This document shows, piece by piece, positions 22,666 through 35,800 of a stretch of 64,000 nt of DNA. A program made the position numbers and the translations under genes. How positions within the stretch are numbered: position 1 is the stretch's first letter; each line of letters starts with the position of its first letter. This DNA is from Mytilus galloprovincialis (taxonomy: Eukaryota). Location: assembly GCF_965363235.1 (NCBI RefSeq), contig NC_134842.1:33976757-34040756 (forward strand). The letters are read 5' to 3'. The notes beneath the pieces are model-generated. The model saw only the letters and a program-made list of their open reading frames with translations, had not been told where the DNA came from and did no database searches.

Positions 22666-22852
22666 AACACTCCCAAAATCAATCCCAACCTTCCTTTTGT
22701 GGTCATAAACCTTGTGTCTCTAAAAGAATACTTGGTAATTGGACGTTTCAAAATCTAAAGAATCATGGGTAATTTCATTGTTCGTACCCCAAAATGAAAA
22801 TAACGTCACGTCATTGGTTGATTTCCATTGTTTATGACATTTTATACGACCG

Positions 22853-24177
22853 CAAACGGTCGTATAATATTGGTATGACTTTGGCGTCGTCATCGTCGTC
22901 GTCGTCGTCCGAAGACACATCGGTTTTCGCACTATAACTTGAGTTTAAGTGAATAGAAATCTGTGAAATTTAAACACAAGGTTTATGACCACAAAAGGAA
23001 GGTTGGGATTGATTTTAGGAGTTTTGGTCCCAACAGTTTAGGAATAAGGGGCCAAAAAGGGCCCAAATAAGCATTTTTCTTGTTTTTCGCACAATTACTT
23101 TAGTATAAGTTAATAGAAATCTATGAAATTTTAACACAAGGTTTATGACCACAAAATGAAGGTTTGGTTTTATTTTGGGAGTTTTGGTCCCATCGAATTA
23201 GAGGCCAAAAGGGTCCAAAATTAAACTTTGTTTGGTTTCATCAAAAAATGTATTATTGGGGTTCTTCGATATGCCAAATCTTACCGTGTATTCAGATTCT
23301 TAATTTCTGGTCCTGTTTTCAAATTGGTCTACATTAAGGTCCAAAGGGTCCAAAATTAAACTCAGCTTGATTTTAACAAAAATTGAATTCTTGGGGTTCT
23401 TTGATATGCTGAATCTAAACATGTACTAAGATTTTTGATTATGGGCCCAGTTTTCAAGTTGGTTTAAATCGGGGTCCAAAATTAAACTTTGTTTGATTTC
23501 AACAAAAATTGAATCATTGGGGTTCTTTGATATGCTGAATCTAAACATGTATTAAGATTTTTGCTTATAGACCCAGTTTTCAAGTTGGTCCAAATCGGGG
23601 TCCAAAATTAAACTTTGTTTGATTTCAACATTAATTGAATCCTTGGGGTTCTTTGATATGCTGAATCTAAAAATGTATTTATATTTTTTATTATAGTCCC
23701 AGTTTTCAAGTTGGTCCAAATCGGGGTCCTTAATTAAACTTTGTTTGATTTCAACCAAAAATGAATATATGGGGTTCCTTGATATATGCTGAATCTAACC
23801 ATGTATTTATATTTTTGATATTTTGGCCCGGTTATCAAATTGGTCCACATTGAGGTCTAAAGGGTCCAAAATAGAACTTTATTTGATTTCATCAAAAATT
23901 GAATTCATTGGGTTCTTTGATATGGTGAAACCATATATCTAGATTTTGGATATTGGACCATAATAGGTAAATGTCCAATTTAAAATGTTTAAGTTTTTAA
24001 GTTTAAGTTCTTAGACCACATTCATTCTGTGTCAGAAACCTATGTTGTGTCAACTATTTAATCACAATCCAAATTCAGAGCTGTATCAAGCTTGAATGTT
24101 GTGTCCATACTTGCCCCAACTGTTCAGGGTTCCACCTCTGCAGTCGTATAAAGCTGTGTCCTGCAGAGCATCTGGTT
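22853..24177 (+). mobile_element. Helitron/Helentron-like element copy C (downstream of MVP), same termini and internal satellites as A and B. Its 3' end shows CpG-to-TpG/CpA changes relative to A and B.
   Basis: 5' end ttttatacgaccgcaaacggtcg plus (CGT)n. 3' end ctctgcagtcgtataaagctgtgtcctgcagagcatctggtt, versus ctctgcggtcgtataaagctgcgccctgcggagcatctggtt in A and B. Confidence 0.6.
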
Positions 24178-24688
24178 ATTTACATAGTATTGTCTATAGT
24201 ATCTTCTTCTGCTATGTACTTGGAAAGAATATAAGATATTGCTACCAAATGATCGATGCAAGCTCATTCCTAAAATAGTCATATACCTAAAACTACCGAT
24301 AAAATAGTGTTTTAAAATGCACAACTTCTACCGAGTTTACATAAGTTATAACGTGTAACTGTATCCACAATGGTCGGCTTACTAATCATGGTCAGTCCAT
24401 ACAAAGGAAGATTCCCATTGCAAATAGTGGTTAGGCCATAGTTGTTTTTTTATTTGTTTTGCGTCCGCGTGCGGGTAGGTTTTCTGCCAATTTGTGTCAA
24501 AAACAAACACAAACTTTTTTTTGTTCGTCAGTAGAAAATCCGTATTTTCCGGGTTTTTCCAGCCGTGTTTTTGTGTATTCTTATACTCAAATCTATTTTG
24601 CGCTTTAAATAACAAGTACGCTCCTTATTTAAAGCGTTTAAGCGATCTTGACTTCGATACATGTGAAAGCAGAAATGGCCAGTATAGG

Positions 24689-25136
24689 CCCAAGACCACA
24701 ATTAATGACCCCGCTTTTCGTTGTTCACGAATATAGTTCCCTTTAATTATAGTGTATTTTTTCTTTATTTTTTTTTCTTTCCCTTTCTCATTCATTTCTT
24801 AGCTTTTCTGGGGTGGAAATGAAAGAAGAGAGCTGAAATAAACTTCTGGATGGTTTATTTTAACTGATTTTAATAAGGAAAGAGTGATTAGGCCAGGTGC
24901 AAAAAGGTTATATTTACACTTTTCGGAACATCTCTTGACTTGCCTATAGGGGTATGGATGTGTATTGGCCAAATTTGTATGATGTAAAGATGCAATTTTT
25001 CTGAAAATTGCATATATTTTTGGACTTGTACTGTACATTACACACACAAAAAATTAGACAAAAAGAATAGGCAATTTTTTTTTAATGCGACAAAACGTTA
25101 TAAAGAAATGATAGAGGAATTAATTGTGGTCTCGGG
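24689..25136. mobile_element. First copy of the 448-bp MITE-like element. Its left TIR is exactly the left boundary of the macrosatellite array.
   Basis: Unique sequence ...gaaatggccagtatagg | cccaagaccacaattaatg. The 14 bp to its left (tggccagtatagg) resembles the in-array junction tggcccctaatagg. Confidence 0.65.
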
Positions 25137-26436
25137 CCTAAGAGGTGCATTTCAGCAAATTTTGAATTTATACTTTGACAACTTCTCTGAATGATCTATT
25201 GGTATTGATTTGTCAAACTATATGAGAAGAAATGATTTCCACTTTTATTTGATAGAAATTTGTAAAAAAAGTCACTTTTCAGCTGATATGCCCAAAAAGT
25301 AGCTTTTTCACTTTTTTCAATATTTTTGCAAAAGCAGTATCCTTAATTTTTCTCTGACATTTTTTTTCTGATATTTATTTGTGTTTGTGGTATTTATTTC
25401 ATGTGTTTTACTCATTTGTGAACTCTGAACACAAAGAAAAGTGGATAAAAGCATTAAAAGAGTGCAAAATGTGCTGTTTTAATAGTCTAGGTCTAACGGT
25501 CCGTACGAAGCAAGTGAAATATGAAGTTCTATGCACTTAAAAATTTTATTTCTTTAAACAGATTGCACTGAATCTATATCAAAAGCACTTATTACTGGTT
25601 GTTTAAACTTGTCTGTTTCACAGAATACCTTTATTTTCTTCTGTTGGATGGCTGGTGGTTAAAATTTTGGCATTTTAAGACTGAAATTTCATGCAGATTT
25701 TAAACAGTAAATTGAAAAAACTTTGCATCAGACCATACTGTCTACATATATAGTTAAAAGCAACAGTCTTGTAACATCCAGGCTTCATATTTGATCATAT
25801 CTCAGCAAGGATTTGAGCAAAAAGAAGCATATTTCCATCTCCAATATCATTTATATGCAATTTAATATGGAAATATAGGGAACGGCCCAAATTGACAACT
25901 TGTTATTTTAAGCTTGACATTGCTTAAGACCATGTAAAACTCATGTGTTATGCTCTTTGAAACTTATATTTACATCAAAAGAACATTTATGATATGTAAA
26001 ATGTTTTGTTTTAACTTAACAACTTCAGAAAATTGTTGTAAGTGGAAAATATTACATTTCATATAAGGCCTCACTTCATTTGAAAACCTCTATTTTTTGG
26101 CATAGGCACATATAAAATTAACTTTTGTCAAATTTTTATAAGTCTCATACATTAAGTATGCTATCATGTACTTTGAATAGCTAATATATTATCCATTGAG
26201 ACATTAAAAAGTGCAATTTGGTGTTTTTTGGGGATTTTTGAAGCCAAAATTTGAAAGTTGAAATTGTTCTATTTCAACGTCACAATTCAGCAACCAAAGT
26301 TGAGATATAAAAAATGCCACATTTTCTATAATATATATCATATGGCTTTGAAACTTTGTAAACTGACTCATAATACACTAAGCTTAACTCATGCCAAGTT
26401 TTATTGGAATTGGTCAAGTTTTTGGCCCCTAATAGG

Positions 26437-26884
26437 CCCAAGACCACAATTAATGACCCCGCTTTTCGTTGTTCACGAATATAGTTCCCTTTAATTATAG
26501 TGTATTTTTTCTTTATTTTTTTTTCTTTCCCTTTCTCATTCATTTCTTAGCTTTTCTGGGGTGGAAATGAAAGAAGAGAGCTGAAATAAACTTCTGGATG
26601 GTTTATTTTAACTGATTTTAATAAGGAAAGAGTGATTAGGCCAGGTGCAAAAAGGTTATATTTACACTTTTCGGAACATCTCTTGACTTGCCTATAGGGG
26701 TATGGATGTGTATTGGCCAAATTTGTATGATGTAAAGATGCAATTTTTCTGAAAATTGCATATATTTTTGGACTTGTACTGTACATTACACACACAAAAA
26801 ATTAGACAAAAAGAATAGGCAATTTTTTTTTAATGCGACAAAACGTTATAAAGAAATGATAGAGGAATTAATTGTGGTCTCGGG
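26437..26884. mobile_element. 448-bp MITE-like insertion inside the macrosatellite unit (representative copy). 18-bp TIRs CCCAAGACCACAATTAAT / ATTAATTGTGGTCTCGGG, flanked by a 9-bp TSD CCTAATAGG / CCTAAGAGG. Present in 19 units, with starts at 24689, 26437, 28185, 29933, 31681, 33429, 37761, 39509, 42549, 45589, 47338, 49086, 50834, 52582, 55621, 57369, 59118, 60866 and 62615.
   Basis: Five units (empty sites at 35169-35177, 36461-36469, 41249-41257, 44289-44297, 54321-54329) lack exactly this 448 bp plus one TSD copy. That accounts precisely for the 457-bp difference (1748 vs 1291). Confidence 0.7.
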
Positions 26885-29800
26885 CCTAAGAGGTGCATTT
26901 CAGCAAATTTTGAATTTATACTTTGACAACTTCTCTGAATGATCTATTGGTATTGATTTGTCAAACTATATGAGAAGAAATGATTTCCACTTTTATTTGA
27001 TAGAAATTTGTAAAAAAAGTCACTTTTCAGCTGATATGCCCAAAAAGTAGCTTTTTCACTTTTTTCAATATTTTTGCAAAAGCAGTATCCTTAATTTTTC
27101 TCTGACATTTTTTTTCTGATATTTATTTGTGTTTGTGGTATTTATTTCATGTGTTTTACTCATTTGTGAACTCTGAACACAAAGAAAAGTGGATAAAAGC
27201 ATTAAAAGAGTGCAAAATGTGCTGTTTTAATAGTCTAGGTCTAACGGTCCGTACGAAGCAAGTGAAATATGAAGTTCTATGCACTTAAAAATTTTATTTC
27301 TTTAAACAGATTGCACTGAATCTATATCAAAAGCACTTATTACTGGTTGTTTAAACTTGTCTGTTTCACAGAATACCTTTATTTTCTTCTGTTGGATGGC
27401 TGGTGGTTAAAATTTTGGCATTTTAAGACTGAAATTTCATGCAGATTTTAAACAGTAAATTGAAAAAACTTTGCATCAGACCATACTGTCTACATATATA
27501 GTTAAAAGCAACAGTCTTGTAACATCCAGGCTTCATATTTGATCATATCTCAGCAAGGATTTGAGCAAAAAGAAGCATATTTCCATCTCCAATATCATTT
27601 ATATGCAATTTAATATGGAAATATAGGGAACGGCCCAAATTGACAACTTGTTATTTTAAGCTTGACATTGCTTAAGACCATGTAAAACTCATGTGTTATG
27701 CTCTTTGAAACTTATATTTACATCAAAAGAACATTTATGATATGTAAAATGTTTTGTTTTAACTTAACAACTTCAGAAAATTGTTGTAAGTGGAAAATAT
27801 TACATTTCATATAAGGCCTCACTTCATTTGAAAACCTCTATTTTTTGGCATAGGCACATATAAAATTAACTTTTGTCAAATTTTTATAAGTCTCATACAT
27901 TAAGTATGCTATCATGTACTTTGAATAGCTAATATATTATCCATTGAGACATTAAAAAGTGCAATTTGGTGTTTTTTGGGGATTTTTGAAGCCAAAATTT
28001 GAAAGTTGAAATTGTTCTATTTCAACGTCACAATTCAGCAACCAAAGTTGAGATATAAAAAATGCCACATTTTCTATAATATATATCATATGGCTTTGAA
28101 ACTTTGTAAACTGACTCATAATACACTAAGCTTAACTCATGCCAAGTTTTATTGGAATTGGTCAAGTTTTTGGCCCCTAATAGGCCCAAGACCACAATTA
28201 ATGACCCCGCTTTTCGTTGTTCACGAATATAGTTCCCTTTAATTATAGTGTATTTTTTCTTTATTTTTTTTTCTTTCCCTTTCTCATTCATTTCTTAGCT
28301 TTTCTGGGGTGGAAATGAAAGAAGAGAGCTGAAATAAACTTCTGGATGGTTTATTTTAACTGATTTTAATAAGGAAAGAGTGATTAGGCCAGGTGCAAAA
28401 AGGTTATATTTACACTTTTCGGAACATCTCTTGACTTGCCTATAGGGGTATGGATGTGTATTGGCCAAATTTGTATGATGTAAAGATGCAATTTTTCTGA
28501 AAATTGCATATATTTTTGGACTTGTACTGTACATTACACACACAAAAAATTAGACAAAAAGAATAGGCAATTTTTTTTTAATGCGACAAAACGTTATAAA
28601 GAAATGATAGAGGAATTAATTGTGGTCTCGGGCCTAAGAGGTGCATTTCAGCAAATTTTGAATTTATACTTTGACAACTTCTCTGAATGATCTATTGGTA
28701 TTGATTTGTCAAACTATATGAGAAGAAATGATTTCCACTTTTATTTGATAGAAATTTGTAAAAAAAGTCACTTTTCAGCTGATATGCCCAAAAAGTAGCT
28801 TTTTCACTTTTTTCAATATTTTTGCAAAAGCAGTATCCTTAATTTTTCTCTGACATTTTTTTTCTGATATTTATTTGTGTTTGTGGTATTTATTTCATGT
28901 GTTTTACTCATTTGTGAACTCTGAACACAAAGAAAAGTGGATAAAAGCATTAAAAGAGTGCAAAATGTGCTGTTTTAATAGTCTAGGTCTAACGGTCCGT
29001 ACGAAGCAAGTGAAATATGAAGTTCTATGCACTTAAAAATTTTATTTCTTTAAACAGATTGCACTGAATCTATATCAAAAGCACTTATTACTGGTTGTTT
29101 AAACTTGTCTGTTTCACAGAATACCTTTATTTTCTTCTGTTGGATGGCTGGTGGTTAAAATTTTGGCATTTTAAGACTGAAATTTCATGCAGATTTTAAA
29201 CAGTAAATTGAAAAAACTTTGCATCAGACCATACTGTCTACATATATAGTTAAAAGCAACAGTCTTGTAACATCCAGGCTTCATATTTGATCATATCTCA
29301 GCAAGGATTTGAGCAAAAAGAAGCATATTTCCATCTCCAATATCATTTATATGCAATTTAATATGGAAATATAGGGAACGGCCCAAATTGACAACTTGTT
29401 ATTTTAAGCTTGACATTGCTTAAGACCATGTAAAACTCATGTGTTATGCTCTTTGAAACTTATATTTACATCAAAAGAACATTTATGATATGTAAAATGT
29501 TTTGTTTTAACTTAACAACTTCAGAAAATTGTTGTAAGTGGAAAATATTACATTTCATATAAGGCCTCACTTCATTTGAAAACCTCTATTTTTTGGCATA
29601 GGCACATATAAAATTAACTTTTGTCAAATTTTTATAAGTCTCATACATTAAGTATGCTATCATGTACTTTGAATAGCTAATATATTATCCATTGAGACAT
29701 TAAAAAGTGCAATTTGGTGTTTTTTGGGGATTTTTGAAGCCAAAATTTGAAAGTTGAAATTGTTCTATTTCAACGTCACAATTCAGCAACCAAAGTTGAG

Positions 29801-32800
29801 ATATAAAAAATGCCACATTTTCTATAATATATATCATATGGCTTTGAAACTTTGTAAACTGACTCATAATACACTAAGCTTAACTCATGCCAAGTTTTAT
29901 TGGAATTGGTCAAGTTTTTGGCCCCTAATAGGCCCAAGACCACAATTAATGACCCCGCTTTTCGTTGTTCACGAATATAGTTCCCTTTAATTATAGTGTA
30001 TTTTTTCTTTATTTTTTTTTCTTTCCCTTTCTCATTCATTTCTTAGCTTTTCTGGGGTGGAAATGAAAGAAGAGAGCTGAAATAAACTTCTGGATGGTTT
30101 ATTTTAACTGATTTTAATAAGGAAAGAGTGATTAGGCCAGGTGCAAAAAGGTTATATTTACACTTTTCGGAACATCTCTTGACTTGCCTATAGGGGTATG
30201 GATGTGTATTGGCCAAATTTGTATGATGTAAAGATGCAATTTTTCTGAAAATTGCATATATTTTTGGACTTGTACTGTACATTACACACACAAAAAATTA
30301 GACAAAAAGAATAGGCAATTTTTTTTTAATGCGACAAAACGTTATAAAGAAATGATAGAGGAATTAATTGTGGTCTCGGGCCTAAGAGGTGCATTTCAGC
30401 AAATTTTGAATTTATACTTTGACAACTTCTCTGAATGATCTATTGGTATTGATTTGTCAAACTATATGAGAAGAAATGATTTCCACTTTTATTTGATAGA
30501 AATTTGTAAAAAAAGTCACTTTTCAGCTGATATGCCCAAAAAGTAGCTTTTTCACTTTTTTCAATATTTTTGCAAAAGCAGTATCCTTAATTTTTCTCTG
30601 ACATTTTTTTTCTGATATTTATTTGTGTTTGTGGTATTTATTTCATGTGTTTTACTCATTTGTGAACTCTGAACACAAAGAAAAGTGGATAAAAGCATTA
30701 AAAGAGTGCAAAATGTGCTGTTTTAATAGTCTAGGTCTAACGGTCCGTACGAAGCAAGTGAAATATGAAGTTCTATGCACTTAAAAATTTTATTTCTTTA
30801 AACAGATTGCACTGAATCTATATCAAAAGCACTTATTACTGGTTGTTTAAACTTGTCTGTTTCACAGAATACCTTTATTTTCTTCTGTTGGATGGCTGGT
30901 GGTTAAAATTTTGGCATTTTAAGACTGAAATTTCATGCAGATTTTAAACAGTAAATTGAAAAAACTTTGCATCAGACCATACTGTCTACATATATAGTTA
31001 AAAGCAACAGTCTTGTAACATCCAGGCTTCATATTTGATCATATCTCAGCAAGGATTTGAGCAAAAAGAAGCATATTTCCATCTCCAATATCATTTATAT
31101 GCAATTTAATATGGAAATATAGGGAACGGCCCAAATTGACAACTTGTTATTTTAAGCTTGACATTGCTTAAGACCATGTAAAACTCATGTGTTATGCTCT
31201 TTGAAACTTATATTTACATCAAAAGAACATTTATGATATGTAAAATGTTTTGTTTTAACTTAACAACTTCAGAAAATTGTTGTAAGTGGAAAATATTACA
31301 TTTCATATAAGGCCTCACTTCATTTGAAAACCTCTATTTTTTGGCATAGGCACATATAAAATTAACTTTTGTCAAATTTTTATAAGTCTCATACATTAAG
31401 TATGCTATCATGTACTTTGAATAGCTAATATATTATCCATTGAGACATTAAAAAGTGCAATTTGGTGTTTTTTGGGGATTTTTGAAGCCAAAATTTGAAA
31501 GTTGAAATTGTTCTATTTCAACGTCACAATTCAGCAACCAAAGTTGAGATATAAAAAATGCCACATTTTCTATAATATATATCATATGGCTTTGAAACTT
31601 TGTAAACTGACTCATAATACACTAAGCTTAACTCATGCCAAGTTTTATTGGAATTGGTCAAGTTTTTGGCCCCTAATAGGCCCAAGACCACAATTAATGA
31701 CCCCGCTTTTCGTTGTTCACGAATATAGTTCCCTTTAATTATAGTGTATTTTTTCTTTATTTTTTTTTCTTTCCCTTTCTCATTCATTTCTTAGCTTTTC
31801 TGGGGTGGAAATGAAAGAAGAGAGCTGAAATAAACTTCTGGATGGTTTATTTTAACTGATTTTAATAAGGAAAGAGTGATTAGGCCAGGTGCAAAAAGGT
31901 TATATTTACACTTTTCGGAACATCTCTTGACTTGCCTATAGGGGTATGGATGTGTATTGGCCAAATTTGTATGATGTAAAGATGCAATTTTTCTGAAAAT
32001 TGCATATATTTTTGGACTTGTACTGTACATTACACACACAAAAAATTAGACAAAAAGAATAGGCAATTTTTTTTTAATGCGACAAAACGTTATAAAGAAA
32101 TGATAGAGGAATTAATTGTGGTCTCGGGCCTAAGAGGTGCATTTCAGCAAATTTTGAATTTATACTTTGACAACTTCTCTGAATGATCTATTGGTATTGA
32201 TTTGTCAAACTATATGAGAAGAAATGATTTCCACTTTTATTTGATAGAAATTTGTAAAAAAAGTCACTTTTCAGCTGATATGCCCAAAAAGTAGCTTTTT
32301 CACTTTTTTCAATATTTTTGCAAAAGCAGTATCCTTAATTTTTCTCTGACATTTTTTTTCTGATATTTATTTGTGTTTGTGGTATTTATTTCATGTGTTT
32401 TACTCATTTGTGAACTCTGAACACAAAGAAAAGTGGATAAAAGCATTAAAAGAGTGCAAAATGTGCTGTTTTAATAGTCTAGGTCTAACGGTCCGTACGA
32501 AGCAAGTGAAATATGAAGTTCTATGCACTTAAAAATTTTATTTCTTTAAACAGATTGCACTGAATCTATATCAAAAGCACTTATTACTGGTTGTTTAAAC
32601 TTGTCTGTTTCACAGAATACCTTTATTTTCTTCTGTTGGATGGCTGGTGGTTAAAATTTTGGCATTTTAAGACTGAAATTTCATGCAGATTTTAAACAGT
32701 AAATTGAAAAAACTTTGCATCAGACCATACTGTCTACATATATAGTTAAAAGCAACAGTCTTGTAACATCCAGGCTTCATATTTGATCATATCTCAGCAA

Positions 32801-35800
32801 GGATTTGAGCAAAAAGAAGCATATTTCCATCTCCAATATCATTTATATGCAATTTAATATGGAAATATAGGGAACGGCCCAAATTGACAACTTGTTATTT
32901 TAAGCTTGACATTGCTTAAGACCATGTAAAACTCATGTGTTATGCTCTTTGAAACTTATATTTACATCAAAAGAACATTTATGATATGTAAAATGTTTTG
33001 TTTTAACTTAACAACTTCAGAAAATTGTTGTAAGTGGAAAATATTACATTTCATATAAGGCCTCACTTCATTTGAAAACCTCTATTTTTTGGCATAGGCA
33101 CATATAAAATTAACTTTTGTCAAATTTTTATAAGTCTCATACATTAAGTATGCTATCATGTACTTTGAATAGCTAATATATTATCCATTGAGACATTAAA
33201 AAGTGCAATTTGGTGTTTTTTGGGGATTTTTGAAGCCAAAATTTGAAAGTTGAAATTGTTCTATTTCAACGTCACAATTCAGCAACCAAAGTTGAGATAT
33301 AAAAAATGCCACATTTTCTATAATATATATCATATGGCTTTGAAACTTTGTAAACTGACTCATAATACACTAAGCTTAACTCATGCCAAGTTTTATTGGA
33401 ATTGGTCAAGTTTTTGGCCCCTAATAGGCCCAAGACCACAATTAATGACCCCGCTTTTCGTTGTTCACGAATATAGTTCCCTTTAATTATAGTGTATTTT
33501 TTCTTTATTTTTTTTTCTTTCCCTTTCTCATTCATTTCTTAGCTTTTCTGGGGTGGAAATGAAAGAAGAGAGCTGAAATAAACTTCTGGATGGTTTATTT
33601 TAACTGATTTTAATAAGGAAAGAGTGATTAGGCCAGGTGCAAAAAGGTTATATTTACACTTTTCGGAACATCTCTTGACTTGCCTATAGGGGTATGGATG
33701 TGTATTGGCCAAATTTGTATGATGTAAAGATGCAATTTTTCTGAAAATTGCATATATTTTTGGACTTGTACTGTACATTACACACACAAAAAATTAGACA
33801 AAAAGAATAGGCAATTTTTTTTTAATGCGACAAAACGTTATAAAGAAATGATAGAGGAATTAATTGTGGTCTCGGGCCTAAGAGGTGCATTTCAGCAAAT
33901 TTTGAATTTATACTTTGACAACTTCTCTGAATGATCTATTGGTATTGATTTGTCAAACTATATGAGAAGAAATGATTTCCACTTTTATTTGATAGAAATT
34001 TGTAAAAAAAAGTCACTTTTCAGCTGATATGCCCAAAAAGTAGCTTTTTCACTTTTTTCAATATTTTTGCAAAAGCAGTATCCTTAATTTTTCTCTGACA
34101 TTTTTTTTCTGATATTTATTTGTGTTTGTGGTATTTATTTCATGTGTTTTACTCATTTGTGAACTCTGAACACAAAGAAAAGTGGATAAAAGCATTAAAA
34201 GAGTGCAAAATGTGCTGTTTTAATAGTCTAGGTCTAACGGTCCGTACGAAGCAAGTGAAATATGAAGTTCTATGCACTTAAAAATTTTATTTCTTTAAAC
34301 AGATTGCACTGAATCTATATCAAAAGCACTTATTACTGGTTGTTTAAACTTGTCTGTTTCACAGAATACCTTTATTTTCTTCTGTTGGATGGCTGGTGGT
34401 TAAAATTTTGGCATTTTAAGACTGAAATTTCATGCAGATTTTAAACAGTAAATTGAAAAAACTTTGCATCAGACCATACTGTCTACATATATAGTTAAAA
34501 GCAACAGTCTTGTAACATCCAGGCTTCATATTTGATCATATCTCAGCAAGGATTTGAGCAAAAAGAAGCATATTTCCATCTCCAATATCATTTATATGCA
34601 ATTTAATATGGAAATATAGGGAACGGCCCAAATTGACAACTTGTTATTTTAAGCTTGACATTGCTTAAGACCATGTAAAACTCATGTGTTATGCTCTTTG
34701 AAACTTATATTTACATCAAAAGAACATTTATGATATGTAAAATGTTTTGTTTTAACTTAACAACTTCAGAAAATTGTTGTAAGTGGAAAATATTACATTT
34801 CATATAAGGCCTCACTTCATTTGAAAACCTCTATTTTTTGGCATAGGCACATATAAAATTAACTTTTGTCAAATTTTTATAAGTCTCATACATTAAGTAT
34901 GCTATCATGTACTTTGAATAGCTAATATATTATCCATTGAGACATTAAAAAGTGCAATTTGGTGTTTTTTGGGGATTTTTGAAGCCAAAATTTGAAAGTT
35001 GAAATTGTTCTATTTCAACGTCACAATTCAGCAACCAAAGTTGAGATATAAAAAATGCCACATTTTCTATAATATATATCATATGGCTTTGAAACTTTGT
35101 AAACTGACTCATAATACACTAAGCTTAACTCATGCCAAGTTTTATTGGAATTGGTCAAGTTTTTGGCCCCTAATAGGTGCATTTCAGCAAATTTTGAATT
35201 TATACTTTGACAACTTCTCTGAATGATCTATTGGTATTGATTTGTCAAACTATATGAGAAGAAATGATTTCCACTTTTATTTGATAGAAATTTGTAAAAA
35301 AAAGTCACTTTTCAGCTGATATGCCCAAAAAGTAGCTTTTTCACTTTTTTCAATATTTTTGCAAAAGCAGTATCCTTAATTTTTCTCTGACATTTTTTTT
35401 CTGATATTTATTTGTGTTTGTGGTATTTATTTCATGTGTTTTACTCATTTGTGAACTCTGAACACAAAGAAAAGTGGATAAAAGCATTAAAAGAGTGCAA
35501 AATGTGCTGTTTTAATAGTCTAGGTCTAACGGTCCGTACGAAGCAAGTGAAATATGAAGTTCTATGCACTTAAAAATTTTATTTCTTTAAACAGATTGCA
35601 CTGAATCTATATCAAAAGCACTTATTACTGGTTGTTTAAACTTGTCTGTTTCACAGAATACCTTTATTTTCTTCTGTTGGATGGCTGGTGGTTAAAATTT
35701 TGGCATTTTAAGACTGAAATTTCATGCAGATTTTAAACAGTAAATTGAAAAAACTTTGCATCAGACCATACTGTCTACATATATAGTTAAAAGCAACAGT

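Noticed and set aside
22261-22772. ORFs 22261-22500(-) and 22482-22772(+) sharing EIRIWCSKICTVNYYHLLVPEGYTGPV
   Set aside because: They read the two arms of a ~95-bp inverted repeat next to element copy C. They are not coding.
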